Source: the human T2T-CHM13v2.0 reference genome, Homo sapiens | Reading direction: 5' to 3' (one strand) | DNA: 64,000 nt | Assembly (NCBI RefSeq): GCF_009914755.1 | Contig: NC_060932.1 | Part shown: piece after piece, positions 1 to 19,930 of the stretch | Layout of the letters: every line of letters starts with the position of its first letter | How positions within the stretch are numbered: position 1 is the stretch's first letter | Made by a program: the position numbers and the translations under genes | The notes under the pieces: model-generated | Told to the model about the DNA's origin: nothing | The model's database searches: none | What the model saw: only the letters and a program-made list of their open reading frames with translations

Positions 1-84
1 AAAAAAAAAAAAAAGTCAGCCTTGGCCACCATGGGGTTTCCAGCTGGCAGCTGCTACTCACCCCCAGCGAAGCCACCACTTCGA

Positions 85-905
85 TCGTTCACTACACAAA
101 TATTTATTGAGTAACCACTATGTGCTCTATAAATATTGGGAATACAGCAATAAGAAGTTGGGAAAAGGTCCTGCCTTCATGTGTCTTAGCTGTTAGATGG
201 GGAGACATAAAATTACTAATACATCTATACTATAACATAAGACAGCGTTAAGTCCTATGAGGACAAATAAAGAGGGATGGAATGGTCCATGTGTGGACAC
301 ACACACACATATGCACACACACGCACACTCATACACACGCACACTCATGCACACTCACACACTCATGCACACACATTCATACACACATGCATATACACGG
401 TACTCTCATACACACTCATGCACACTCACACTCATGCGCACACACACTCGTGAACACACAATCATGCAAACTCATATACCCACTCATGAATTCTCATACA
501 CATTCGTACTCTTATACGTATACTCTCATACACACACTCGTACGTGTGCACTCACACTCATACACACACAGGTGCATACTCACTCATGCACATGCACTCA
601 CTCATGCACATGCACACGCTCATGCACACACTCATACCCACTCACACTCAGGCACACTCACACAGTCATACACAGGCTCACACACTGGTGCACATGCACA
701 CACACTCAAACACACTCATGCACACACACTCACAGTCATGCACACACACGCTAGCACACATGTGCACATGATCTCAGTCACACACACACATCTATTTTAG
801 ATGGGATGGGCAAAGAAGGCTTCTTTGAGGAGGTAATGTTTAAGCAGATACTTAAATGACCAGAAGACAGTCAGGGCTGTGTGGAGGAAGACCATTCCAG
901 GTGAC
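85..905 (-). mobile_element. L2 LINE 3' fragment, split by a CA-rich repeat
   Basis: ttattgagtaaccactatgtgct...gtcctgccttcat...ggggagacata (100-210) and gaaggcttctttgaggaggtaatgtttaagcaga (815-850) resemble the reverse complement of the L2 3' end. Confidence 0.6.
295..792. repeat. Degenerate (CA)n-like simple repeat
   Basis: About 500 bp of cacacactcatgca / cacactcataca units, seen directly; produces the His/Thr ORFs. Confidence 0.95.
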
Positions 906-2296
906 ATCCCAAATGTAATGAGTTCCTAAGCTACCACCTCTCAGTGGGAGAACTACCAAAGACACACCTGGCACCTTGAGTGGCCTTACAGCCCAGCAGC
1001 CTGGTGGCTGTTTATGTCCCCAGTGGCCAGCAGCAGATTCACAAGTCTTCCTCAGCCAACCTTGCTTCCCAAGACACCCAGGCACCCTCCAGAGTAAATG
1101 AGCTCCATGGTGGTGGCTGAGGGAGTCGTGGTCAGACTCAGACACCAGCTTCCCCTGGGCCACGTGGCTGCCCTGCAGTTCTCTTCTCCCCTACTCCATC
1201 CCCACTGCTGCCCCTTCTGGAAAACTCTAAACAGAAACCCTGCTGGGCTTCCTCTTTCAAATGGGCCTGTGACAAGACAGGGTAAGCCCCGGGATTTGAA
1301 AGGTCAGCAAAGGAGTTACAGTCATGGGTTCCTGTAGTCCCAGGAAGCAAAGAAATTATCTGTGCTTATCTATTGGTCAACCAATTCATGGCTTTACGAT
1401 TACACAAGCCTGCGGTCATGCCTTCTGGTAATGAGCGTCCCCTTGCAATCTGCAGAGTCCAGCAGGGGCCATGTCCATAAATCCACTCACTGTTGGTCAG
1501 GAATGGACTAGCCCTGCAGTCTCGGTTCCAGGAAGGCCTTGGGGGTGAGGGCATAAGCCCTAACTGCCCTTCAAAGCCTGCTTTGTCTCTGAATAAGCAC
1601 ACTGTGTTCAGAAGGCTGAGATCAGTTGGCAATAGCCAACTCCACAGCCTCACTTCCGCAGGCTCGGAGAAGCTCCAGGTGGTATGGACATGGCCCATGG
1701 GGATGTGGACACCTTCAGAGATGTCAGCTGACCCTATGGAGCAGGACCTGTCTGGCAAGTCATACTCTCTCTCCATCCAATTCCAGATCCCACCAATGGG
1801 CATGGCACTGCTATCAGACATCTCTGCCGGAGGAGTCCAAAGACCCACAGCATCAACTCCATTCCTGGTGCCATCACCCTGTACCTCCTTCTTGGAAAAA
1901 TCAATTAATTGACACAGCAGCTGCATCAAAGGCTTTGAGTTATGATTTCAAATGGACTCATTTCTGGAGCAGCAGCAGACTTGGAGACTCGGATCAAAAA
2001 GACCAAGTGGGCTGCATTACACCAAGGCTTTATCTTTGTCATTTCAGATATGCCAGGCCAGCACAAACACTGGATCCCTCCGAGGGGCACTTGGCCTTGC
2101 TCCTGTACTGAAAGAAACCAGAAAATTTTCTGGCCAAGGTCATTTTGCATGACACAAACACACTTCCAGGTAGAGCCCTGGTGCTCCAGAGCCAAGCTGG
2201 GGATCAGACAGCGGGCCTTTTCCAAGGCCTTCCAGAAGGGAGGGGCAACAAAGCTTCCTGGCTGTGCCACTTCTCTCGGCCACCCCAAGTTCACCT

Positions 2297-3062
<766 letters not shown>

Positions 3063-3139
3063 AAAACCTGCAGTTCCAAGTCTGCCTTGCAGCTGGAGGT
3101 AGTCAATGAGATGGAAAGCAGCAGCTCTTACGGAAATCA

Positions 3140-3545
3140 CAGAAGTCTAGGATGTACACTTTGCTCTTTTTCTCCCTTCCTTATGTTTCTTGCCAAGAAT
3201 GTGAATGTGAGGATGGGAATACAGCAGTTATCTTGAACCATGAAGCAACACTGAGGGAAGAAGCCACGTGAAAAGGGTGGTGAAATATGAAAGAAGGAAG
3301 GAATCTTGGTCACTGCTGCCTCATCTGGTTTATGCCTTTAGAATCACAGTCCGTTGGAGTGACATCCCCTGGAGTTGTGCGGTGCATAACCTGGGCAACT
3401 AAACATACATGTGCAACCACTAACACCGTGAAACTGACTGATATTAATCTCCTGGACTGTTAACCTTTAGATTTCTGTTGCATAAGACAGGAATAAACTT
3501 GTTTTGTAAAGGCTGTGGGTTTTCTCTTAATCTCTGATACTTGCA
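3140..3545 (+). mobile_element. MLT1 (MaLR) LTR fragment with a MER91-like hAT fragment at about 3330-3420
   Basis: cagcagttatcttgaaccatgaag...gaaggaaggaatcttggtc and aataaacttgttt are MLT1J/K-like; cccctggagttgtgcggtgcataacctg is MER91A-like. Confidence 0.5.
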
Positions 3546-4423
3546 ACCAAATGTAAATGTCAAAATCTGCATTTACCAGCCCTTTCACCCCCATCTTCAG
3601 AATAACCTCCTGCAAAGGTGTGTCCAGCAGGGTTATGGAGAGACGCCATGCAGTGAGGTAGCCCTCACAGACTTCAGAGGAAACTCAGTTCAGCTCTTGG
3701 TTCACAACAACCCAGTCCACAGCAAGAACTTCCAGCCCAGCAGGAGACCAGGAACCAGGACAAAGCTACTGGAGTTGGGAAGGGGATTAGAACAGGCACC
3801 AAATAAATACTCACTAAAGGATGGGAGAGCGCATCCAGGTGAGGGGAAACATCTGGCTTTATTTTTTTCAGCCAGTGCATGCACACTTTCAGCCTGGGTC
3901 ACAGACAGAGGACTGGACCAGGGTTGGCTTCATCCACTGAGAAGCATGGACTGGAGAATGTGGTGGGGTCTGACTCATGCCTGTCATTAGGGTCTTTCCT
4001 CAGGTGTACCCAGAAGGGCCACCGCCGCCTCACCCACAGAGCAAAGTCTGGGAGGAAGGAGATCCCTTCCCCATCCATGGCTGGGGCTGACTTGAGCAGG
4101 GCTCCCCCTCTGTGTCCTGTAGTCTCAGGAATGCTCTAGCGCCCCTCTCTGGAGACACTTCAGACCTTCCTTGCTTCCTAAGCCTGCATCTTCCTAGAAT
4201 TTGGTCTGAGCCCTGGAGCCCAGACCTTGCTGTACCCAAGAGTACGGGCCTCGCCACTTCCTCTCCCTGCAATGGGGGGGCGCAAAGATTATCCAAAACA
4301 AAGAGCTCCAGTCCTACTTGCCCTTGAACATGGTAGCAAGGAATGAAATTAAGATCCTCAAATTCCCAACCTCTTTTTTTTCCCAAGGCTGAATGGAATT
4401 GCATTTTTTTCATTCTCACATAA

Positions 4424-4725
<302 letters not shown>

Positions 4726-4744
4726 TAAAGCAATTTTTAAACTG

Positions 4745-4915
4745 TGGAGTGAAAAGGGCATGAGCTTTGGAGTTAAATCTCAATTTTGCCATTTTGTAGT
4801 TGTATGACCCTGGGAAAGTCACTTAACTGAGCTTCCATTTCCTCAGCAGTGAGATGAAGATGTTGGCCACACAGTGTAAACAGGCGTCTGGTGCATAATG
4901 GGTGCCCCGTGAAGT
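4745..4915 (+). mobile_element. MIR
   Basis: ttgtatgaccctgggaaagtcacttaactgagcttccatttcctca resembles the MIR core. Confidence 0.7.
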
Positions 4916-5855
4916 TAGCTCCCTTTCACTCCCCTGCAACTCTTTGTTTCGTAAACTGGTTCTCAAAGCACTTCCAGGAAAAACACTGCCTCACACAGAC
5001 AGTTACAGCATTGGTGGGAAAACTGCCTGCCTCCCAAATGGATGGCTTTGAAGGGCCAGATCTCGTGTAGATTTGCATCTATCTGTATTTCTAAAATTCC
5101 TTCATTTACCACCTGCAAAAGTGTAACAATGCTGGGGAAAGCTCTGATCAGAGGGCACTCACCACGTTGGCCAGCTGGGTGATGGCCACTTCAAAGTGTA
5201 CCGTGACAGGGTCGGAAACGTTTTCCACAGGCCTGATGAACTGGTTGTAATGAGAAAACAGTTTGTGGAAGAGCCTCTCCTCAGTTGCACAGCCCACACA
5301 GCCTGTGAGGCCAAACAAAGGGGAGAGTTAGAGCCAGCCCGGCCACTGGCCACTGCAGCGATTCTAGGCAATTCTTCCCGGGCCCTGTGGGGAGCGAATG
5401 TCCCAGCCCATGACTGCATCCTGGTATTGTTACCACCTGTGCGTGCTCCACCAGTGCCCATCTCACCCCACCCTCTGTGCCTCAGCTGTTCACCTTTACA
5501 ATGGAGATAAAAACAGCAATGTCTGCATTTCAGGACTAGAGCAGTATCAAAGAAAATGATGTCGGTCAGAGCATTTCTTAAAGTCTAAGGCACTGCAGAT
5601 ATAAAGGAGTAGACACAAGGCTTGGAATCTTCACTTATGTCACTGAAGTAACTCGCAGTCTTACTGATGGCACTAGACCCTTTCCAGTAATTCAGGAAAA
5701 TCCTGTCCTTTCTTGTCTAAAATACTGAATCAACTAAAATCTGTATCTACACCAGCAAGGTGCTTAGCTGGGGAAACTTCACTAAGGAAACTGAAATAAC
5801 TAGTAATTTCATGATGGTCTTCGCAAGTCATGTTCTTTTAAAAAATCAACTTTGA

Positions 5856-6990
<1,135 letters not shown>

Positions 6991-7070
6991 AAAAATCAAC
7001 TTTGAAATTCAGTTATTGTGGAGATTTCTGAGAATGCAAGATTTTTAAGGCAAATTTATTTGAAACTTCC

Positions 7071-7364
7071 TTTTTGTTGTTGAGATGGAGTCTCGCTCTG
7101 TTGCCCAGGCATGGTCATGCAGTGGCATGATCTCGGCTCACTGCAAGCTCCGCCTCCCAGGTTCATGCCATTCTCCTGCCTCAGCCTCCCTAGTAGCTGG
7201 GACTACAGGTGACTGCCACCACGCCCAGCTAATTTTTTATATTTTTAGTAGAGACGGGGTTTCACCGTGTTAGCCAGGATGGTCTCCATCTCCTGACCTT
7301 GTGATCCGCCTGCCTCTGCCTCCCAAAGTGCTGGGATTACAGGCATGAGCCACCGCGCCCTGCC
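7071..7364 (-). mobile_element. AluY-like
   Basis: Antisense Alu, caagctccgcctcc / accgtgttagccaggatgg. Confidence 0.95.
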
Positions 7365-9232
7365 ACTTGAAACATTTTTAAAAGTTGAAATTGGTTCTTA
7401 AATAATAGCACTTTCAGTCACTAAATTCTAGACAATAACTTTATGCATATCTCTTTGTATTTTTCCAAGAAAACCTTAAATGTGGGGTTACTTTTCCTCA
7501 TTTGACATAATTCATTTCATTACTACCTCCTCTACAATTTCCTCACAGAATTTAAATTTGATATCTAACATAGGACTCCACAAATTTCTCAAAGGGATTT
7601 ACACATTGAAAGAAAAAAAATGGAAAGGGATTGAAAAGCTCATCAGGCAACATAAATGGAAAGATCTCTGTTAAATTACTAAATGGAAAGAGTTGCCTGA
7701 CGAATACCTTAGGAAACACTGAGACACTAGAGTTTTAGCAGGAAGGACAAATTTAAGGTAAAACATCATTCTTGCCATCATAATTAATCATGATGAACAT
7801 ATTTCTCCATGACAGACAATAAATAATCCTCCTCATTACCCATTTTCTTCCTCTTTAAGACATTTTATAGCAGATAAACCCTCCATCAGCCTTGAAAAGC
7901 AAGTCCCCTGCAAACCTAACAGCATAGAAATGTGATTTTGTTCAGCAGAACAGCAGTGGTCCGTTTCTAAGTTGTAACTTTTAAAATGAATGATCTTACT
8001 CATGGGATAGTTTCAGCATAATCACGTGATGTTTCCCCAAACAAACATGATTACCTACAAAATGGAAGGGTTCATTGACTGAGTAATAGTATCAGCTAAC
8101 AAATAAATTACCACTTTGAAAAAATATTAAACATAACTACAAATAAATAAGCTCAATACAGCCACAGGGGAGATGAATAGAAAACTGTATCATTCTCCTT
8201 ATTATATTTTAATTGGGTTTGCACTATGTTTCCTGGTCCTCTCCTCCCCACCCTACCCCTCAGATTTCATCTTTTGTATTACACCTAACAAATAAAAACC
8301 AAATAGATTAATTAGCAGTTGTAACAGTGGTGGCTCCTATGCAGACCATAGAAACTTTTATTAATATATCTTCTCAAGCACAACTAGAAAAGAGAGTAAA
8401 CACATGTAGCTAAAAAGGGAATAGAAGATAAAGCAGAAATGAAACCTACCTTTAAAGAAAGGTGTGAACACACACAGCCAGAGACACAAGCCCCCATGAA
8501 GGAATCCCTGCCCCTTGCTGGTCAGCATGGTTAAAACACACTTGGATTCCTTTTTCCTAGGCAAAGGATTGTGGAAAACAAAGAGCTATCAGTCAGCCAC
8601 ATGCATCCAACCTTGACATCATCAGAAGCCCACTGCAATCCGTGTGTGTCTTCTCAGAAATCAAAACATCCCCGGGACTTCACACGGTTATTACCAGGAT
8701 CAGAGACTGAGGCAGACATGAAGGGCGAATAAAAAAGATTCGATCTGATGTCAGATGAGTCATCACATTTCCTGACAGCCTAGATGTCTCTTCATGCAAG
8801 AAAGGGGAAGAAAAGCAGAAAAGAAATGCTGGGGCAGACAGGACCCCGGGAGGATGAACACCTGTGAGTGGCTGAGATCTTTCTGTGGTGCAATCTCAAC
8901 CGTAATCTTAGGGGAATTCACTGAGCTCCAACTACAGGTAAAGCTCATGCTAGGTCCCAACAAGTTTGTTCTGACTCATGGAGTTCTCCAGTTAATCAAG
9001 GCTCAACCTTGTTAGAAAACTTTCTAAAATATGAATCCTCATTTCTGTCTTAATGAGTGCAGCTTGGAGAGAACAGAAATTTGTTTTTGTTTTGCTTTTT
9101 TCTGACTCCAGGGTTTCCAGTGCCTTCTCTTTTTTGAGTTCAGTGATGATCCATGACTAGAGACTAGATGTCAGAGAATGAGAGGAATGGATACCACCTG
9201 GATATTTTCACATTTATTTAAATATTCTTATT

Positions 9233-9829
<597 letters not shown>

Positions 9830-9883
9830 TATCCCTGTTAAACTGGTTTTCTTATAATTTTCCTCTTTTCTGTATAAGTTTAA

Positions 9884-10575
<692 letters not shown>

Positions 10576-11135
10576 CCACTCTAGAGGAGGAGTCCTTTGG
10601 AATACGCCAAAAGTCAGCGCTTGCTCCATTCTAGGAGTAGGTGAACTGCGTCCCCGTATACCAAGGGTGCAGAGCAGGAGGATGGGGGGCTTCATGTCTG
10701 GAGGTTGCAGAAGAGCTCTGCAGAGGCGAGGAATGCAGGAGAGAGAATATGGACTCTGGAGTCAGACAAACCCAGAGCTGGACTCTGGTCCTGAGACTCG
10801 CCTGGGGGACACTGGGCAACTCACTGAAGCTACCTCAGCCTGTCCTCATCAGAAAAATGTGATTAAATTTAGTAATCATTGAATCTCTCTCTACCAATTT
10901 TGCATGTAATTATTATTCACTCTCTTGCCAGTTCAAATAGGTAACACAATATTTAAGTTATTCTTGGAGCCTGAGCTTATAAGGATACAGTTTAAGTGCT
11001 TATAAAGAAAATACATTCTCCATTCAAAGAAAACATTTAAACTATGCCCCCATCATCAGAAAAATGCTCGAGATTTGTCATTGAATTATGTGTTTTTATC
11101 CTGCTCCAAACTCTTTTTGAAAATTGCAAAAATCA

Positions 11136-11455
<320 letters not shown>

Positions 11456-11862
11456 TTAAAAGCAAACACATGGATAGGGAGAAAATAAATATGTTTTCAA
11501 AAAAGAAAAAAAAAAGAAAAAAGATTTAAAGACATTCTATCTTTTCCTGATGTTGCTTGATACTGCTTCATGTTCATATTCCAGGAATTAGTTTTTGTTC
11601 AGCTATATTGTTGAAACAGTCTAAACTTTAGAGTGCTGTCCATGGTTTAGTGAGGTGGAAAGGATGAAGGGAGGTGGAGGGATACATGGAGCCTTGGACG
11701 GAAAGAGGCTAATTAATACTGGAAGAGCTTTGGTGTCTCCTGCCCCTTATTTCCCACTCCATGTTACCCCTAATTCCTCGTAGCCATTTTTAAAGAGAAA
11801 TAAGAAGCAGCAGTGGATCTTAACTTTTTCAGGTCCATGAGTCAGATTGAAACTATGGATCC

Positions 11863-12172
<310 letters not shown>

Positions 12173-12349
12173 ACCTCCCCATATACGTATGAGGATTAAA
12201 CAGAATTTTGCATATGACTTCTGGGAACTCACAGATCCATAAAAAGCCAGCCCTGCATGGAGGGTAATTATAGTTGGTTTCACAGTTTCCCCCAGTATCT
12301 GTCCCCAATCACTCTATACTATCCCTATTAAAAAATTATACATTCTTGG

Positions 12350-12849
12350 GGCTGGACGCAGTGGCTCACACCTGTAATCCCAGCACTTTGGGAGGCCGAG
12401 GTGGATGGATCACGAGGTCAGGAGATCGAGACCATCCTGGCTAACATGGTGAAACCCCATCTCTACTAAAAAATACAAAAAAATTAGCCGGGCGTGGTGG
12501 CGGGTGCCTGTAGTCCCAGATACTTGGGAGGCTGAGGCAGGAGAATGGCATGAACCTGAGAGGTGGAGCTAGCAGCAAGCCCAGATCGCGCCAGTGCACT
12601 CTAGCCTGTGTGACAGAGCAAGACTGCATCTCAAAAAAAAAAAAAAAAAAAAAAATCCTACATTCTTGGCTGGCTGTGGTGGTGCATGCCTGTAGTCCCA
12701 GTTACTTGGGAGGCTGAGGTGAGAGGATCACTTGAGTGCAGGAGGTCAAGGCTGCAGTGAGCTGTGATTGCATCACTGTACTCCAGCCTGGGCAACAGAG
12801 TGAGATGAGACCCTGCCTCAAAAAAATAAATAAATAAATAAATAAACAA
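12350..12849 (+). mobile_element. AluY (12350-12655) followed by an Alu monomer (12668-12849)
   Basis: Full Alu, then a single arm with an (AAAT)n tail. Confidence 0.94.
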
Positions 12850-12987
12850 TACATTCTAAAGAGCTAATGTGTTAGGAAACTGATAGACTTCAGGGAATAA
12901 TTGTTGGGTTTCTTTTTCTGTTTTATTCATAGAAGCTCATTTCAATTTGGAGGTTTTCTGAAAAAAAAAGAGGTTGATACTGTTTAA

Positions 12988-13294
<307 letters not shown>

Positions 13295-13954
13295 AAAACT
13301 TTTATTATAAAAATTATTTCAAGCTTCCCCTCCAGCCCCATTTGCTAAATTAAATCCAGTGGCTCATTCTGCTCTGAAAATAAAGATGATTTGATATGGT
13401 TCTATAAAATTGGCTATGCTCTTGTTTGAAGTTTGAGGGTTTTTTGGCATAGAAACTGCACGAATGAACATTTTTGTTGACCTTTATCCAACTGTCAGTT
13501 CTCTTTAAACTCAAAATGAGAACATTCTTTAGTTGTCCATAAAGAAATAGAAAGGAAATAGCCCTTTAAACATGTATTATTTATAACTCCACTGCAGCAA
13601 AAACATCATCAATAATTTAATGATCCCATCTGCTTTTTTAAAATATCCACTGTCATTAACTCTCACATGTTCCACATCCCTAGTCGGTAGTATTTCACAT
13701 CCACCACTCTTGACATGTCCAAATCACGCAGGGAAAATGAAACAGCAGTAGGGTAAGTATTCAAATTAAATGCTAATTTTAAACCACAAAGAAACATTTA
13801 ATAAATCACTAATTATAAGGCAGGCTCAAATGAACTCTACAATGCCCAGTTTTTGTCCATCTAAATTTTAAGAAAAAAAGAGAGGCTTAGAACCTGGGAT
13901 GGAGTCAAGCAGTGAAAGTTAAAACTGTGTTGAAAATGTTGAGATATTGAATAA

Positions 13955-14185
13955 TAATTAGAGCTTCCTCTGAGCACGTGCTGTATGTCAATCACCATGC
14001 TAGAGTCTCGAAATTCTCTCTTTTAATCTTCACAGCAGCTCTGTGAAGCAAGACTCGATTTTTCAGGTTAGGAGATGGACACTCAGGGAGCAAGGTGACT
14101 TGCTTAAAGGTCCATCACAGCTGATCAGTGGCTGAGTTGGAATTCCAATCTAGGTCTGTCTATATCAAACCTATGCTTTAACCTT
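13955..14185 (-). mobile_element. MIR
   Basis: tttaatcttcacagcagctctgtga...ggtgacttgcttaaaggtcc...cagctgatcagtggctgagttggaattc matches antisense MIR. Confidence 0.75.
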
Positions 14186-14805
14186 AAGGTGATCCAAAAG
14201 TGCTGTTTGATCCATAAATACTTTATAAGTTCAATATATTTGTAGAAAGCTGTTACTGACATGGGCCACGCTTAGCTCCACCTGCGTCATTATTCACCAC
14301 TGACCCCTTGTTCCACTCCACAAGGTGAGGAAGCCAAGGCTAATTAATAGAGGGAGTTGAAATGGCAGACATAATGTGAGACAGAAGTGGGAGCTGGGGA
14401 GAGTGCCCTCTTAGGCCACAAACTAACATCAGGCAAGTTCCCAACCCTGGGAGAGTGGCCAATGACAGCCACACCCATCCAGGCCGTGCTCTTGCTAGCT
14501 GTGCCATGAACATCTTGAAGCTAAGAGCTGGTGAAGAGCACATGGGCCACACCCCTGCAGCCAGAATGACTCCTGTACAGACCTTTGAGAGCCTTCTATC
14601 AATAATAACCTTCTATTATTTCCCTCCAGCCTTTAACAAACATCTCTGGGCCTTTCAAGGTAGAATGAAATGTGCCTAAATTTTAAGTCCCTTAAAACAA
14701 TCAATTTAGTTATCATTGTCCTAGAACACAGCAGTTATTATAATAAAATTTATTCTACTATAGTAGATCCAGCTCTGTGATTGTAAATGAAAATCACAAT
14801 ACGAA

Positions 14806-15521
<716 letters not shown>

Positions 15522-15772
15522 CCATGTCCCAGGAGTGTGGTGAGTATTTCATTAGAAAATGTAAGTAACAGCAGCTACTGAAATACACAGAGGCAATGCA
15601 CATTAATTTTCTTCTTCCAGAGAACAACATTTTGATGGGTATAATGACAGGCTTTTGGAGCCAGTGGGGAGACCCAGAAACTATAACTGCTTTTACAGGA
15701 AAATTATACCAATTTCTTGTTCATTTGAAGAAAAAAACCCCTGAAAATCTGTGGATATGATGGTTCCTGATT

Positions 15773-16590
<818 letters not shown>

Positions 16591-17670
16591 CTCCAGACAG
16601 TTGCAGGAAGATTTCCATGCAGTCCACTTATGGTGTGGTTCTGTGATATTATAGAGTTAGACGTTTCTGGGACATCTGTGTCCCCATAAATTTGTATGTC
16701 ACAAAGCAAAAAGGTTAGAGATATTCCAAAGTTACTATATAAGGCACTGTGTTTCACGTGAAAAAGCTAACTCAACATTAGGATAAACTCTACTATGTTC
16801 TGGGCACAGTGATAGATGCTGAAATATAGTTACACAAAATGCACATTTATTTTTTTCAGGTACCCATGGATTTATAAAAATTGACCTCTTGTTAAGGCAC
16901 AAAAAAGTCTCAACAAGCAACAAATAATCTATATCATATAGAATATTCTCTGTCCACAAAAAGCAAAATTAAAAATCAATTGCAAGATAATAAGCCAAAC
17001 TTCCCTTTGTTGCAGTTATTAAAATATTACACCAGTTTTCTATTTTTAAGAGGCAGTTAAACTAATTATGGATAAAATATGGCTTCGGTCTCTCCAGTCT
17101 GTGAATACAACTGGGATATTAATCACAAGGTCATAACTGCACCAGTTCTAACCCCCTACAGTCATGCTGAATGCAGCCCCCTCCCAAAATTGCCCAGTTA
17201 TTTAGGAATCTGTGAGAGCTTGACTCTGCCCCAGGCTTCCCTGCTACCTTGCTGGGCACAGCGGTCTTCCCAAATGCCAAAGCCACCCTAGAGTCTGGGT
17301 TAGTGGGAGAAGAATGAGAAATGGGGCTGGGAGGGGGATCCAGGCAGGTGTGCCAGAAAGAACCTACGCCCAGCCAGAAGACAATGGAGCAATATTTTTA
17401 AGGTATGAAAAGGAAAATAGAATTCTATTCCCAGCAAAAATTTGTTTTGCAAGCAGAAGTGGAATAAATATTTTTGCAGCTATGTAAAAGCAGGAAAATG
17501 TCATCACCAGCAAACCTATGCTATAATAAATGCTTTAAAGCTACTCAAGGAGAAGAGAAAATACCAGATAAAAATGTGGATCTAAACAAAGAAATGAAGA
17601 GCTTAGTGAATGACACATATGTGTGTAAATATAAAAGATAGTTTTTCTTATTTTAAAAATCTCAGCTGGA

Positions 17671-17967
17671 GGCAAAGCACAGTGGCTCACACCTGCAATC
17701 TCAGCACTTTGGGAGGCTGAGGTGGGCGGATCATTTGAGCCTAGGAGTTCAAGACCAGCCTTAGCAATGTGGCAAAACCCCATCTCCAAAAAAAAAAAAA
17801 AAAAAAAAAAAATCTCAGTTGGGTGCAGTGGCTCATGTATGTAATCCCAGCACTTTAGGAGGCTGAGGCAGGAGGATAGCTTGAGCCCAGGAAGTCATGG
17901 CTGCAGGGAGCCATGTTCACACCACTGCACTCCAGCCTTGGTGACAGAGCAAGACCCTGTCTGAAAA

Positions 17968-18002
<35 letters not shown>

Positions 18003-18004
18003 AT
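17671..18004 (+). mobile_element. Two Alu monomers (17671-17812, 17817-18004)
   Basis: Left-arm-type monomer with poly(A), then right-arm-type monomer with (AAAT)n. Confidence 0.9.
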
Positions 18005-18424
18005 ATCTCTTTAAAAGACAATCACCTTTTAAAAACAAGTGTTAAATGTACTGTGGGGTTAGAAAAATGTATGATAATAATAGCACAAAAGCAGGAGAGG
18101 AAAAATGGAAGTCTATTGTTATAATGTTCTTATACTACATGTAAAATGGTATAATATTACCTGAAGATAGACTGTGATATGTTAAAGGTGTTTACTACAG
18201 ATCCTAAGGCAACCACTAGACTTGCATAACAAAAAAAGCATAGCTTTGTGTTCACAAGAAGTAGGAAAAAAGCAAAGAAAAACATAGCTAATAAGCCGAG
18301 AAAAGAGATAAAATGGAATAATAAAAGATATTTATTTAACACAAAACAAAGGGGAAAAGGAGAGCAAGCAAACAAATAAAAAATAGGACAAATAGGAAAA
18401 AGTAGTAAAATGGTAATATAAACC

Positions 18425-19490
18425 TATCGGGGAACCTGCCTTGATATTCACATAGGTTCTTTTCTATTTTCCTTAAAGCATTGGCCAGCTTAAGAAATAA
18501 AGGGACAGAGTACAAAAGAGGGAAATCTTAAAGCTGGGCATCCGGGGAAGACATCACATGTTGGTAGGTTTCGTGATGCCCCACAAGCTGCAAAAACCAG
18601 CAAGTTTTTATTAGGGATTTTCAAAAGGGGAGGGAGTGTGCGAATAGGTGTAGGTCACAGACATCAAGTACTTCACAAGGCAATAGAATATGACAAGGCA
18701 AGTGGAGGCAGGGCTAGATCACAGGACCACAGGATGGGGCGAAATTAAAATTGCTAATGAAGTTTCAGGCACCATTGTCATTGATAACATCTTATCAGGA
18801 GACAGGGTTTTGAGAGTAACCGGTCTGACCAAAATTATTAGGTGGGAATCTCCTCTTCCTAATAAGCCTGGGAGTGCTATGGGAGACTGGGGTCTATTTC
18901 ACCCCTGCAATATCGACCATAAGAGACAGGCATACCTGGGGGGGCCGTTTATAGGCCTATACCTCCAGGCGTGTATTCTCTTTCCCAGGGATGTTCCTTG
19001 CTGAGAAAAAGAATTCAGTGATATTTCTCCCATTTGCTTTTGAAAGAAGAGAAATATGGCTCTGTTCTGCACGGCTCATCGGCGGTCAGAGTTTAAGGTT
19101 ATCTCTTATTCCCTGAACAATTGCTGTTATCCTGTTCTTTTTTCAAGGTGCCCAGATTTCATATTGCTCAAACACACATGCTGTACAATTTGTGCAGTTA
19201 ATGCAATTATTACAGGGTCCTGAGGCAACATACATCTTCCTCAGCTGACAGGATTAAGAGATTAAAGTAAAGACAGGCATAGGAAATCACAAGGGTATTG
19301 ACTGGGGAAGTGATAAGTGTCCATGAAATCTTCACAATTTATGTTTAGAGACTGCAGTAAAGACAGGCATAAGAAATTATAAATATTAATTTGGGGAACT
19401 AATAAATGTCCATGAAATCTTCACAATCCATGTTCTTCTGCCATGGCTTCAGCTGGTCCCTCCGTTTGGGGTCCCTGACTTCCCGCAACA
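18425..19490 (-). mobile_element. MER11 (HERV-K HML-8) solo LTR, full length
   Basis: Minus strand begins TGTTGCGGGAAGTCAGGGACCCCAAACGGAGGGACC and ends GCAGGTTCCCCGATA; 1066 bp; perfect 6-bp TSD taaacc at 18419-18424 and 19491-19496. Confidence 0.93.
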
Positions 19491-19534
19491 TAAACCAAAT
19501 CATATTTTAAGAACTCATTAAATGCAAATGGGGT

Positions 19535-19882
<348 letters not shown>

Positions 19883-19930
19883 CTATTTGATCCTGGTCTT
19901 TTCTTTGTTGGAAGCTTTTTGATTACTAAT

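Noticed and set aside
257-800. His/Thr-rich ORFs of 165-172 aa
   Set aside because: Translation of a CA-rich simple repeat that is open in several frames; no coding signal.
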